Virus record (IMG/VR): IMGVR_UViG_2558860984_000001 | Location: 32,001 to 96,000 of that record | Source of the DNA: a virus | Lineage: Duplodnaviria; Caudoviricetes | Length of the DNA stretch: 64,000 bases | Reading direction: 5' to 3' (one strand) | Part shown: piece after piece, positions 1-9,338 of the stretch | Numbering within the stretch: position 1 is the first letter of the stretch | How the letters are laid out: each line of letters begins with the position of its first letter | The notes under the pieces: model-generated | Told to the model about the DNA's origin: nothing | What the model saw: the letters and a program-made list of their open reading frames with translations, nothing else | Database searches by the model: none | Made by a program: the position numbers and the translations under genes

Positions 1-2
1 CC

Positions 3-170
3 ACCGTCATCGCGGCCGCCATGACCGGCCGCCGGGCCCACTGGGTGCTCGGCGCCCGGTTCCTGCCCGACGGCGCGCACGCCTGGGCCGAAGTCCCCGA
101 AGGCGCTGTGGGCCGGGACGAGGGCGACGCCGTGGACCGGCCGTGGCTGCCCGTCCTCACCGTGCCGTAG
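3..170 (+). CDS. lasso peptide biosynthesis B2 protein (leader peptidase), C-terminal fragment; truncated by window edge
   Basis: Frame 3 reads TVIAAAMTGRRAHWVLGARFLPDGAHAWAEVPEGAVG...TVP*; W-x-x-G-x-R-x-x-P-x-x-AHAW-x-E is typical of the transglutaminase-like lasso B2 peptidase; followed by a peptide-type ABC exporter. Confidence 0.7.
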   Translation, partial: TVIAAAMTGRRAHWVLGARFLPDGAHAWAEVPEGAVGRDEGDAVDRPWLPVLTVP

Positions 171-280
171 CCCGCGGAACCGCCGCGGCCCCGAGGGGCG
201 GTGCAGCCCCCCGCCACCCCCCGGGGCCTGACTCACCCGAACGGGTGAATGACGGGGCGCATGGCTGACGACGGTGGGCC

Positions 281-2239
281 GTGACCGGCAGCGATCCGCA
301 AGACCCGGAACAAATCCGTTGTCCGGCTCAGGGCCCGGCCGCCTTGATGGGGGCCGTGACTACCTCCGCATCCCCGCCGGCGGCCGCCGGCGCGGGCCAG
401 CCGCCCGTGATGCGCCTGGCCTCCGACCCGCACCTCACCTCGAACGTCACCATGTCCACGTGGGCGATAGCACGCCGCCTGCCCCGCACGCTCGCCGCCG
501 CGGCACGCCTCGCGTGGCGCACCGACCGCCGCGCGGCCCTGGCCCTGCTCGGCTGCCAGATCGGCGCCGCCGTCCTCACCGCGACCGCCCTCGCAGCCAC
601 CACCCGCGTGCTGGCCGCGGTGTTCACCGGCGGCGACATCGCCGCCGGGCTGCGCGACAACCTGACGGCAGTCCTCATCCTCACCGCCGCCGGGGGCGGC
701 CGCTACCTCCTCGACGCCGCCGCCCGCGCCGCCGCGGCCCAGCTCGCGCCGAAGGCCGTACGCGAAGCCGACCTCGCGGTCATCACCGCCGCCACCGCCG
801 CCGAGCTGGTCGCCTACGAGGACCCCGCCTTCGAAGACGCCCACGCCGCCGCCTCCGACGGGGCGGACAAGACCGGCGACCTCATCGTCGAAGGCCAGCT
901 GCTGACGTCCGCCGCCGCCCAGCTCGCCGCCGCCGCGACGGTCGTCACCGTGCTGCACCCGGTGCTGCTGCCGCTCCTCGTCGCATCCGTCATCCCCTGT
1001 GCGTGGGGCGCCGTACGCGGCGCGCGCATCGAGCACGCCGCGCACCACCGCAACCTCGGCGACTCCCGGCTGCGCAGCGTCTTCCGCTCCTACACCACCG
1101 AGCGGAACACCGCCGACGAAGTGCGCGCCGGCACGATGGCCGGATTCCTCACCCGGCAGTACCGGATCGTGTCCGGCCGCCTGGAGGCCGAGCAGCTCGC
1201 CGCCACCCGGCAGGCCCTGCTCGTGCAGGGCGCTGGCGACGCCCTCACCGCCGTCGGGACCCTCGCCACCTGGACCACGCTCGTGCTCCTGGTGTCCGCC
1301 GGCCGCATGGAACTCGCCGCCGCCGGGACCGCCGCGCTCGCCGTGCGGGCTTCCGGCGCCGCGCTCACCACGACGGTCTGGGCCGGCGCCCGGCTGTTCC
1401 GCACCTCACTGTCCCTCGACGACTGGACCCGGTTCCTTGCCGTGGCCGAGGAGTGGACCGCCCGCCGCGGCACTGCCGCCGTCGCAGACGACGGCCCGCA
1501 CATCATCGCCGCCCACGGCGTCTCCTTCACCTACCCCGGCGCCGCCCGGCCCGCGCTCGACGACATCGACCTCGACCTCAAGCGCGGCGAAGTCATCGCC
1601 CTCGTCGGCGAGAACGGCGCAGGCAAAAGCACCCTCGCCCGCATCCTCACCGGCCTGTACCTCCCCACCACCGGCACCGTGCGATGGGACGGCGTCGACC
1701 TCGCGGAAGCGGACCCCGCCACCGTGCTGTCCAAGGTCGCGCTCGTCCCCCAGGACTACACCCGGTGGCCGCTGGCCGCCCGCGAGAACATCACCCTCGG
1801 TCAGCCCCGCCCCGAAGGCGACACCGCCGTGCACGCCGCTGCCGAAGCCGCCGGCGCCGACAGTGTCATCGCCGACCTGCCGAACGGTCTGGGTACCTCC
1901 CTGGCTCGCTCCTGGTGGGGCGGCCACGACCTGTCCGGCGGGCAGTGGCAACGCATCGCCGTCGCGCGAGCCTTCCACCGCGACGCACCCGTTCTCGTCA
2001 TGGACGAGCCCACCGCAGCGCTCGACGCCCGCGCAGAGCACCGCATCTACACCCGACTCAAGGCGCTGGCCGCCGGCCGCGCCGCCGTCTTCATCACCCA
2101 TCGGCTCGCCAACACCCGCCTCGCCGACCGCATCATCGTCCTGGACCACGGCCGCGTATCCGAAGCGGGAACCTACGACGAGCTGATGGACCAGGCCGGG
2201 GACTTTGCAGAGATGGTGAAGCTCCAGGAGGACAGGTAG
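281..2239 (+). CDS. ABC transporter, fused permease/ATP-binding (probable lasso peptide exporter)
   Basis: N-terminal hydrophobic helices; Walker A GENGAGKST, signature LSGGQ, Walker B VLVMDE, ITHRL; true start may be ATG 347 or 410. Confidence 0.92.
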   Translation: MTGSDPQDPEQIRCPAQGPAALMGAVTTSASPPAAAGAGQPPVMRLASDPHLTSNVTMSTWAIARRLPRTLAAAARLAWRTDRRAALALLGCQIGAAVLTATALAATTRVLAAVFTGGDIAAGLRDNLTAVLILTAAGGGRYLLDAAARAAAAQLAPKAVREADLAVITAATAAELVAYEDPAFEDAHAAASDGADKTGDLIVEGQLLTSAAAQLAAAATVVTVLHPVLLPLLVASVIPCAWGAVRGARIEHAAHHRNLGDSRLRSVFRSYTTERNTADEVRAGTMAGFLTRQYRIVSGRLEAEQLAATRQALLVQGAGDALTAVGTLATWTTLVLLVSAGRMELAAAGTAALAVRASGAALTTTVWAGARLFRTSLSLDDWTRFLAVAEEWTARRGTAAVADDGPHIIAAHGVSFTYPGAARPALDDIDLDLKRGEVIALVGENGAGKSTLARILTGLYLPTTGTVRWDGVDLAEADPATVLSKVALVPQDYTRWPLAARENITLGQPRPEGDTAVHAAAEAAGADSVIADLPNGLGTSLARSWWGGHDLSGGQWQRIAVARAFHRDAPVLVMDEPTAALDARAEHRIYTRLKALAAGRAAVFITHRLANTRLADRIIVLDHGRVSEAGTYDELMDQAGDFAEMVKLQEDR

Positions 2240-2454
2240 CCCTTCGTCCGCGCATGGGCCCGCCATGAGCATGCCGCGCGTGTCGACGGGCTGGCTGGCT
2301 CAGAACGCCGCTTCCGTGGTGGCCACGGGGTGGCAGCTTGGACAGCGGCTGATGTGCGGGCTGCCGCCGCGGTCTGTCTCGACCTGCCGTGTCGACTCCT
2401 CGCACGCGCCGCACCACGGCGCGGTCGGCGTCCTCTGGGCTGGGTGTTGCTTCT

Positions 2455-2495
2455 CCCTAGAAAGGTGTCACAATAGGTGTGACACCTTTCTAGGG
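2455..2495. promoter_or_regulatory. perfect 18-bp inverted repeat CCCTAGAAAGGTGTCACA-ATAGG-TGTGACACCTTTCTAGGG
   Basis: Arms 2455-2472 and 2478-2495 are exact reverse complements; AT-richer than surroundings; ends 6 bp before ATG 2502. Confidence 0.8.
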
Positions 2496-2501
2496 GGGCT
2501 A

Positions 2502-3431
2502 ATGCCGACCGATGACCTGATCACCCGCATTCCTGACGACGCCACCCGTATCCGCACCCACCTGGGGTGGTACGTGGAACCGGTCAGTGCCCGCCGCGCC
2601 ATGGAGCGCTACCCCGGTATCCGGCTGAACCCGGTGACCTGCGAAAGCGGACCCGTCCTACTCCACGTCAGCAACGTGGACCGCAACCGCCTGATGGGCT
2701 TGGCCCCCGGCCGCCTCAAGGTGTGGTCGGACGGCCTCCTCACCACCCGCGAGCTTCACCTTCCCGCCGATATCCACCCGGTTCCCGCCGATATCCTCCC
2801 GGACAGACAGGCTGCAGAGGACTGGTGCGCTCAATATGAAGCTTTCACCGCCACCGAGCGCCTGCTGAACCGGATCAAACGCGCCGCCAACGACGAGCTG
2901 ACGCCGCGGCTGTGGATGCCCTGGCGGGACGCCACCGGCTGGAACGAAGAGGAGACGGACCGGCGCACCACACGGCGCGCGCTGGCCGCCGATATCCAGG
3001 CAATCCGCCGACTGACCCTCATCCGCCACACAGTCGACCAGGCCGACGGCACGCCAGCCACCGTCTGGGAGGTCGTCTTCCTGGTGAAGGCGGTTGAGGG
3101 CGCCGCTGAGCACGGCATCCGCTTCGGCCAGCGCCGGTGGCTCTTCACCGAGGAAACCCGTGCACGCGCCCGCCTGGCGGACCTGGACACCGACGTCCCT
3201 CCGCTGGTCACCATGGCAGAAAGCGCCGCGCTGCTGAACACCACCCGGGACGCGCTCGCCCAGGCCCACTCCCGCGCCAAGCAGCGGCACCACGAGAACC
3301 CCTTCTTGTACGACCTGCCGCCGGTGCCCCTGGTGACCACCGGGCGCACCAACTGGTACGAGCCGCACGAACTCGCCACCTTCTGGCGACAGCGTCCCGG
3401 CCACGGGCCCGGACGCGGCCACACCTCCTAA
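2502..3431 (+). CDS. hypothetical protein with C-terminal AlpA/excisionase-like DNA-binding region
   Basis: C-terminus LVTMAESAALLNTTRDALAQ...GRTNWYEPHELATFWRQRPGHG resembles actinobacterial AlpA-like HTH tails; ATG directly after the palindrome. Confidence 0.55.
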   Translation: MPTDDLITRIPDDATRIRTHLGWYVEPVSARRAMERYPGIRLNPVTCESGPVLLHVSNVDRNRLMGLAPGRLKVWSDGLLTTRELHLPADIHPVPADILPDRQAAEDWCAQYEAFTATERLLNRIKRAANDELTPRLWMPWRDATGWNEEETDRRTTRRALAADIQAIRRLTLIRHTVDQADGTPATVWEVVFLVKAVEGAAEHGIRFGQRRWLFTEETRARARLADLDTDVPPLVTMAESAALLNTTRDALAQAHSRAKQRHHENPFLYDLPPVPLVTTGRTNWYEPHELATFWRQRPGHGPGRGHTS

Positions 3432-3818
3432 CTCTGGGACGAAGCGAATTACATGGGGGCCGTCGTGCTCGTCGCCACGCGCGGCCGGGGCCGGGGCCGG
3501 CACCACGGTGGCCTGCGGCTCGTGGTCGAGGTCATGCTGCGCCTGGTCCTCCACGTCCGGCCCGTGGTCGACGTCGCCGCGCTGGAGGTCGAGGATGCGG
3601 CGGCAGCGGTCGAGGATCCGTTCCGGCCGGCCGTCCGCGCGGCGCAGCTCGGGGTGGCCGGCGGCGGCCTCTTGGCGGTCCGGCTCGACGGCGGCGACGG
3701 CGTCGTGCTCCTCGGGCGCCGCCGGCGGCGGAGGGCTCCCGTCGTGAGGTGAACGTCTGGGACCCGGGTGGCGGGATGGGCATTGGTGCACCGGTCTCCC
3801 TGCTGGGGGCCATACTCA

Positions 3819-5099
3819 TCAGCAGTTGATGATCATGTTGCTGCCGCTGCTGTACTCCTTCATCAGCGCCGTGTCGACGAACTGGTCGGTGTAGAGCCTG
3901 CGGGCAGCCGGCTCGCCCATGTTCTCGATGGCGGCCAGGACCAGCCCCGGGTCTGCGGCGGCGGCTGAGCGGAGATCGATCACCTCTTCATGGGTCAGCT
4001 GCTCGACGTCGATGGTGTCGTTCTCGCCGTGCACGGTGGCGTATCCGTTGCTGGCGATCTGCTGGGCCAGTTCGGTCCGGGCCTGCCGGAATGCCTCGTT
4101 GGGCTCGGTCGGTGCGGCAGGCGGACGCCTATGGGTGCGGCGGCGCAGCTCGGCGGTGATGAAGGCGGCAGGGCGGGCCGGGCGCCAGCCCAGCCACCAC
4201 GAGGTGAGTTCGGCGGCGATGTCGTGGGCGTCGAGACCGCGGTCGATGAGGGGGCGGAACGCGAACGCGAGGCGCCGCAGGCCCTCGTGCTGCGTCCAGC
4301 CGACGAGCGGACGCACCCGGCGGGCCACGGCGATGTCCCGGGCTACCTGAACCGGTGACCGGCGTGGCCTGCTCGGGGTGGTCAAGGGGGGTGTTGTGCG
4401 GCGCCGCGCGTGCGCGGTGTCTTTCAACCCACCTCCCAACTGATCTCTACGGATACTGGGGTGAGTACTACGAGAATGGGGCTCACGACCCTGTGAACTG
4501 GTGCTTCCCGCAGCCGAGTTGGTCACGGGCCGGGCCGCGGCCGTGCGGGCATCCCGCGCTGCACGAGCGGCGCGGACGGCTCGTTCCCGGCCGGCCTGGG
4601 TGACGCCGACGACCCGCGCGTCGTAGCCGGTGCCGGACAGCCGGTTGCCCATCGCCTCGTCGAACACGGGCGGGATCACCGCGGCGTACACCGTCGCCGT
4701 GCCGGCGTACTTCCGGCCGGGCAGGTGCAGGTTCGCGCGGGAGCCGTGCCGCCACCACGCCAGCGCACCAAGCTCACGAAGCACCCGGACGTGCCGCTTC
4801 ACCGTCGCCCGGGACACGTCGAGGCGCGCTGCGGTGCCGTCGAGGTCGTACAGCACCAGGCCACGCCGGTAGTCCATCCGGCGCGCCAGATCCGCGGCCA
4901 CCGCCGCCGTGGTGGCGTTGGCACGCGGGTGCAGCCCGGCACCGAGCAGACAGCCGACGACACGCAGCCACGGGCGTGGCTCCACGCGGCGCGAACGGGT
5001 GGCCGCAGCCTCCTGGAGCGGGCGAGGCACCAAGGGCTGGGGGGTTTTGAGGCAGGGGGTATCTGCGCAGCACGAAGCCGCGCCCAGGCGGTGGCGCAA
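3819..5099 (-). CDS. putative plasmid replication initiator (N-terminal winged HTH)
   Basis: HTH LDGTAARLDVSRATVKRHVRVLRELGAL followed by ATVYAAVIPP, as in Streptomyces plasmid Rep-like proteins; start uncertain. Confidence 0.55.
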   Translation of the reverse strand: MRHRLGAASCCADTPCLKTPQPLVPRPLQEAAATRSRRVEPRPWLRVVGCLLGAGLHPRANATTAAVAADLARRMDYRRGLVLYDLDGTAARLDVSRATVKRHVRVLRELGALAWWRHGSRANLHLPGRKYAGTATVYAAVIPPVFDEAMGNRLSGTGYDARVVGVTQAGRERAVRAARAARDARTAAARPVTNSAAGSTSSQGREPHSRSTHPSIRRDQLGGGLKDTAHARRRTTPPLTTPSRPRRSPVQVARDIAVARRVRPLVGWTQHEGLRRLAFAFRPLIDRGLDAHDIAAELTSWWLGWRPARPAAFITAELRRRTHRRPPAAPTEPNEAFRQARTELAQQIASNGYATVHGENDTIDVEQLTHEEVIDLRSAAAADPGLVLAAIENMGEPAARRLYTDQFVDTALMKEYSSGSNMIINC

Positions 5100-5181
5100 G
5101 GTGAGAGCTGTCTCCCGGGATCAGGCGGGCGGGCCCATGCCTGCGGCGCGTGGTCCGCCCGTAACGTTCAGGCGGCCGGCA

Positions 5182-5619
5182 CTATCCGGCGTTGAGCACG
5201 AGCGGCGCAGCGGGGAATGCTGGGATGGCGGGTACGGCCTGGCGGTACGACGGGACGAGGCAGGGCGCCTCGGGCTGGATCACGAAGCTGCTGTCGATCT
5301 CGTCGGCGACGTCATCGAGCATGGCGTGCAGGTCACCACGCACGTACGGGTCCGGCTCCAGCTCGGCGCGGCGGCGGCCATCGGCCAGGGCCTGCCGCAG
5401 AAGAGCGGCCTGGTCTGCCTCAGTCAGGTATGGCTCGGCGGCCCGAGCAGCGAGGTCGACAAGGTCGAGCATCCGGTAGCGAGCCGACGGCAGCGGCTCC
5501 AGCAGCGCATCGGCGCGCAGGTCAGCCAGGACCTCCCGCACCCGCGCGGTGCGCTCCTCGACCGACATGGTGACGCGAGTCTCACTGGTGACCATGGACA
5601 GGCCAGCGGTACCGTGCAT
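5182..5619 (-). CDS. hypothetical protein upstream of rep-like gene
   Basis: ORF with high-GC3 codon pattern, same strand as rep-like gene; start uncertain. Confidence 0.55.
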   Translation of the reverse strand: MHGTAGLSMVTSETRVTMSVEERTARVREVLADLRADALLEPLPSARYRMLDLVDLAARAAEPYLTEADQAALLRQALADGRRRAELEPDPYVRGDLHAMLDDVADEIDSSFVIQPEAPCLVPSYRQAVPAIPAFPAAPLVLNAG

Positions 5620-5718
5620 GACGAGATCTCACTCTCTTGCGATGGTGGGTTTCTTGATCAGCGAGGTGCGAACTCGCTGGTTCTTCGGCCGGGCGGCTCC
5701 TACACCGCTCGGCCGTTC

Positions 5719-6045
5719 TCATTCGGCCGGCTTCTGGGCGGCCTTCTTCCTCGGGCGCTTACTGCCCGACCCGGAGTACCCCCGCTCGATGTCCTGCACG
5801 GTCCCAATCGAGACCCCGAGGCTCGCGGCGATCTCTCGGTACGTCACCTTCTTCGCCCGCAGGTCCAGAACCACCTTCCGACGCTGCTCCTTCAGGCGTT
5901 TGGTGCGCTCCGTCTGATCACGGAGGAGTCGGCTGATGACCTGCGCCTTTTCTAGTGACTCGTCCATCGCTTCGACGGCATCCAGAGCATCAAAGACACG
6001 TTGCGCCTCCTCCTCGATCGGCCCCTTTGGCTCCTGCTCGGCCAT
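5719..6045 (-). CDS. small HTH transcriptional repressor
   Basis: VTYREIAASLGVSIGTVQDIERG HTH; GAAGGA RBS; divergent from the spread operon. Confidence 0.8.
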   Translation of the reverse strand: MAEQEPKGPIEEEAQRVFDALDAVEAMDESLEKAQVISRLLRDQTERTKRLKEQRRKVVLDLRAKKVTYREIAASLGVSIGTVQDIERGYSGSGSKRPRKKAAQKPAE

Positions 6046-6070
6046 CCCGTTCCTTCGGATCGGGCGTGCC

Positions 6071-6113
6071 GCTTGACTCTGATTATGGGGGTCCCATAAA
6101 TTGGGAGTCAAGC
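6071..6113. promoter_or_regulatory. divergent promoter/operator
   Basis: TTGACT(6073)-18 bp-TAAATT(6097); nested inverted repeats GCTTGACTC/GAGTCAAGC and TTATGGG/CCCATAA. Confidence 0.65.
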
Positions 6114-6133
6114 AGCAACGCTGCTCAGCACAA

Positions 6134-6244
6134 AGCCCCGGCTCGCGGTCGGACGCGGCGCCGGGGCTGCTGAAAGCGGCAGGGCCCGGTGGTCGGACAC
6201 CGGACCCAGCCTCAACCCCGGACCACGGTCGGACGTGGGCCGGG
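6134..6244 (+). repeat. three tandem hairpins with identical GTCGGA loops in operon leader
   Basis: Hairpins 6134-6168, 6182-6207, 6217-6244; different stems, same G-GTCGGA-C loop. Confidence 0.75.
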
Positions 6245-6279
6245 CCAGCCAACCGCCTGAGCTACCAGGAGGCTGACCA

Positions 6280-6735
6280 GTGAGTCATCTTTCCACCCGA
6301 ACCCCACGACGTGTACCAGGCCGCGCCATGTCGCCCGCCGGGCGCCGCACCTTCCGCCACCACCACCTCACCACCGCGGCCAACACCGCCCGCGCCCTCG
6401 CCTACCGCGTCCTCTCCGGCACCATCGCCACCCGCGTCGACAACGGCGACCTCATCCGCACCGGCGACGCCCTCGCCCGCTTCGGCGGCGACCAGCTCCC
6501 CGACGGACAGCAGTCCTGGTACGGCCGCCACGTCGCCCGCGCCTACCGCAACACCCACGGCCACGACCCGGTCCGGTGCTGGCTCCAGCACCACACCACC
6601 GGCAGGTGGATCCACGTCTACGTGTACGACCCCGAGGACACCGCGCTCCTCGCCGGGCTCCGGTCCTACAAGGGCACCCAGCACCTCGCCGACGCGATCA
6701 GCGCCAGCAACACGACCTGGGCGGTGGCCGCCTGA
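6280..6735 (+). CDS. hypothetical protein, first gene of spread/transfer-type operon
   Basis: AGGAGG RBS before GTG; strong GC3 bias. Confidence 0.75.
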   Translation: MSHLSTRTPRRVPGRAMSPAGRRTFRHHHLTTAANTARALAYRVLSGTIATRVDNGDLIRTGDALARFGGDQLPDGQQSWYGRHVARAYRNTHGHDPVRCWLQHHTTGRWIHVYVYDPEDTALLAGLRSYKGTQHLADAISASNTTWAVAA

Positions 6736-6923
6736 TGGCCGCGCAGGACTCCGACTGGACCGAGAAGCCGGTCATCCCGACGATTCCCCGCCCCCGGCCG
6801 CCGCAGGACCGGCGCCTGGTCGCTGTCGGCGTCGTCCGCCGCTGCCGTGGCCGCGTCCTGCACCTGACTGCCACCGCGGCCGGGGCCACCGGCCGCATCC
6901 AGCAGCAGGGAGGCGGCCGGTGA
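6735..6923 (+). CDS. small hypothetical protein
   Basis: TGATG and GTGA translational coupling to both neighbours. Confidence 0.55.
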   Translation: MAAQDSDWTEKPVIPTIPRPRPPQDRRLVAVGVVRRCRGRVLHLTATAAGATGRIQQQGGGR

Positions 6924-7066
6924 GCGACAACACCCCCAAGACCCGTCCGTGCCACTCCTGCGGCGGCCGGGGAGTGACCGTTGAGGACACCAGCAGCGAC
7001 GGAGTCGCCCGCCAGCACTCGAAGACGTGCACCGCCTGCAACGGATCCGGGCAGGTCCCCGCATGA
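6920..7066 (+). CDS. DnaJ-type zinc-finger microprotein (48 aa)
   Basis: CHSCGGRG...CTACNGSG (two CxxCxGxG); GGGAGG RBS; GTGA coupling. Confidence 0.7.
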   Translation: MSDNTPKTRPCHSCGGRGVTVEDTSSDGVARQHSKTCTACNGSGQVPA

Positions 7067-7221
7067 GCAGGGAGATCACCGTCACCCAGCTCTGCCAGCC
7101 CTGCCAGGGACGCGGCCAGGTCAAGGACACCAAGGTCGAGATCCGCGGCGGCCGGCCGGTCGAGAGCACCGGCTGGCAGAACTGCACCGCGTGCGGCGGC
7201 TCTGGGCGGGTGCCCGCGTGA
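7063..7221 (+). CDS. DnaJ-type zinc-finger microprotein (52 aa)
   Basis: CQPCQGRG...CTACGGSG; ATGA coupling. Confidence 0.7.
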   Translation: MSREITVTQLCQPCQGRGQVKDTKVEIRGGRPVESTGWQNCTACGGSGRVPA

Positions 7222-7426
7222 TCGCCCGGCTGCTGGCGGTCGGCGATGAGCCGGAGCCCCGCCACGAAGACAACGAGGACGACCAGGACCCCGGCCACCC
7301 TCACCCGCACACCACGCGCGGCCGGGCTTCCTGACCCCTACTTCTCGCCCGTGCCCGGGGCGTACGGGCCCTCAGCGGCTCTACGTCTCGGGCACCGGCC
7401 ACCGACTCTCCCGGAGACACACCCCC

Positions 7427-7693
7427 ATGCACACCCACTCCGAACGCGCCGCACGGGCCGCCCGCGAGCTGCTGACCACCTGCGCCCGCCAGCTCGCCCA
7501 CAACCGCCCCGAATGGCAGCTCAACCCCACCCGCTGGAACGAGTGGCAGGCCCGGATCACCGACCGGCACCCCGCCATCGGCACCGCCATGAACACCCAC
7601 CTGGCCAGCATCACGATCACGCCCGGCATGACCCGCGGCGCCCTCGCCACCCACATCACCCGCGCCCTGTACCCGGAAGGCGGCACCCGGTGA
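7427..7693 (+). CDS. hypothetical protein
   Basis: GGAG RBS, GC3 bias, GTGA coupling to next gene. Confidence 0.65.
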   Translation: MHTHSERAARAARELLTTCARQLAHNRPEWQLNPTRWNEWQARITDRHPAIGTAMNTHLASITITPGMTRGALATHITRALYPEGGTR

Positions 7694-8142
7694 CCACCGA
7701 CCCAACCTCCAGCCCCGCGACCCCGATCGACATGCTCGACGCCGCCGCCGACGCCGTACGCGCCTTCAACCACGCCACCGCCAAGACCGGTCCCGGCTGG
7801 CAGACCCCCGCCGACACCTACGACGCCCTCGGCGCTCTCGCCGACATCGCCCACCGCCTCACCCAAGCCATCACCCAGGCCACCAGCCCCACCAGCCACG
7901 CGCTCCGCGACGACCGCCTTCGAGCCGCCGCCGGTATCGACCCAGACTCCATCGCCCGCCAGGCCATCGCCAGCCTCGACAACGCCATCATCCACGCCAC
8001 ACGCCTCACCACCGCTCTGCGCATCGGGCACAGCCTCACCGCCACCCTCGGCGCCACCGAGACCGCACCCGCCGAGCCCACCGCCAAGGAGCGCCCCCAC
8101 GACAGCGGCGCGTGCCGCCGCTGCGGCCAGGGCGGCCAATGA
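7690..8142 (+). CDS. hypothetical protein
   Basis: Coupled starts and stops on both sides; GC3 bias. Confidence 0.65.
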   Translation: MTTDPTSSPATPIDMLDAAADAVRAFNHATAKTGPGWQTPADTYDALGALADIAHRLTQAITQATSPTSHALRDDRLRAAAGIDPDSIARQAIASLDNAIIHATRLTTALRIGHSLTATLGATETAPAEPTAKERPHDSGACRRCGQGGQ

Positions 8143-8381
8143 GCGTGTTCTCCCGGCTGCGCCCGGGGCGCGGCCCCGACGACAAGGGCTCCGCCCGATA
8201 CCTGTCCGCCAGCGTCGCTGCCGAGCGGCAGACGCAGAGCCGGAGGGACACCCGGAGGACCCGCCGCGGCGGCGACACGATGGGCCGCGGCTCCCGCAAC
8301 CCCGGCAGCGACGGCGAGGAATTCCGCCTCCGAGACCGCGGTGACGCCAAACCCCGCCGCCGCGGCTGGCTCCGCGGCTGA
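8139..8381 (+). CDS. small basic hypothetical protein
   Basis: ATGA overlap with upstream gene. Confidence 0.5.
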   Translation: MSVFSRLRPGRGPDDKGSARYLSASVAAERQTQSRRDTRRTRRGGDTMGRGSRNPGSDGEEFRLRDRGDAKPRRRGWLRG

Positions 8382-8462
8382 CTACCCACACCACGCCCTG
8401 CCGCCTGCCACCCCACCACACAGACGGCAGGGCCCACCTCTACCCAGAGAGACACCACGTCC

Positions 8463-9338
8463 ATGAAGACCCGCACCGTCCGCCGCAAGCAGCTCGTCCC
8501 GCACACCGTCGACGGGCACACCGAATACGTCCTCGACGAGTACAAAGTCGACGTGCCGCTGCCGCCCCGTGACTGGGACAGCGTCGTCCGCGCCGGCGTC
8601 ACCGTCATCGCCTGCACGCTCGTCACCGTCTCGCTCGTCTGGACAACCGCGAGCATCGGCGACCTCCTCTCCTTGGCCACGATCCCCGCTGTCGCCTACG
8701 CCGCCGGCGTCGCTTTCGACCTGAGCTGGATCATGTGCATGGGCGTCGAGTGGCTCCTGCGCTTCGAGCCGAAGCGCGCCGCTGTCGCCCGTCGGGCCGG
8801 GTGGCTCGCGCTCACGATCTCCATGGCCGCCGTCGCTACCCACGGCACCATCGTCGGGCAGTGGCCTGTCGGCGCCGCCGGCGCCGCGGTCGCCCTGCTC
8901 GCCAAGGGCTGCTGGACCCTCGTCATGCGCACGCAGGCCCGCCCTCTCGACTCCCGTACCGCTCAGTGGGTCGCCAAGCGCCGCGCCGAGGTCGACGGCC
9001 AGCTCGCCATGATCCCGGTCCGTCGCGAGCTGCTGCGCGGGCAGCAGCTCGTCGAGGCCGAGCGCCAGGCCCTCGCTGCGGACTCCGAGGCTCCGTCCGG
9101 GTCCATGGGATCCGCCGGATCCGGATATCCGGACCCGTCCGCTGCCAGTCCGGACCTGCCCGGAGAGCCCTCCCCGGACAGGTCGCTGACCACCAAGGAC
9201 GCAGTCCGGATCGTCTGGGACGAAGGGATCCGCAACAAGGACGACGCCGTCCGCGCCGTCGCCGACCGCACCGGCCGCCCCGTCTCCCCGGACACCGTCC
9301 GCCGCTACCTGGACCAGCTGAAGGCGACCGCCTCATGA
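8463..9338 (+). CDS. SpdB-like plasmid spread membrane protein
   Basis: Four predicted TM segments, coiled coil, low-complexity linker and C-terminal HTH-like end (VSPDTVRRYL), the layout of Streptomyces Spd proteins. Confidence 0.65.
   Translation: MKTRTVRRKQLVPHTVDGHTEYVLDEYKVDVPLPPRDWDSVVRAGVTVIACTLVTVSLVWTTASIGDLLSLATIPAVAYAAGVAFDLSWIMCMGVEWLLRFEPKRAAVARRAGWLALTISMAAVATHGTIVGQWPVGAAGAAVALLAKGCWTLVMRTQARPLDSRTAQWVAKRRAEVDGQLAMIPVRRELLRGQQLVEAERQALAADSEAPSGSMGSAGSGYPDPSAASPDLPGEPSPDRSLTTKDAVRIVWDEGIRNKDDAVRAVADRTGRPVSPDTVRRYLDQLKATAS

Noticed and set aside
274-2268. Long Arg/Pro-rich alternative-frame ORFs here and throughout (e.g. 23497..25416, 25923..27947, 40647..42482, 51677..53524)
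   Set aside because: Shadow ORFs expected in high-GC DNA; they overlap genes with clear motifs and proper codon bias.
3432-3819. Possible gene between 2502..3431 and the rep-like gene (ORFs on both strands)
   Set aside because: No frame has a convincing start, RBS and stop combination; the minus-strand candidate runs deep into the opposite gene.
5672-5695. GCTGGTTCTTCGGCCG resembling the late hairpin
   Set aside because: Six-nt loop, poor outer stem, and antisense to the local genes; not counted as a copy.
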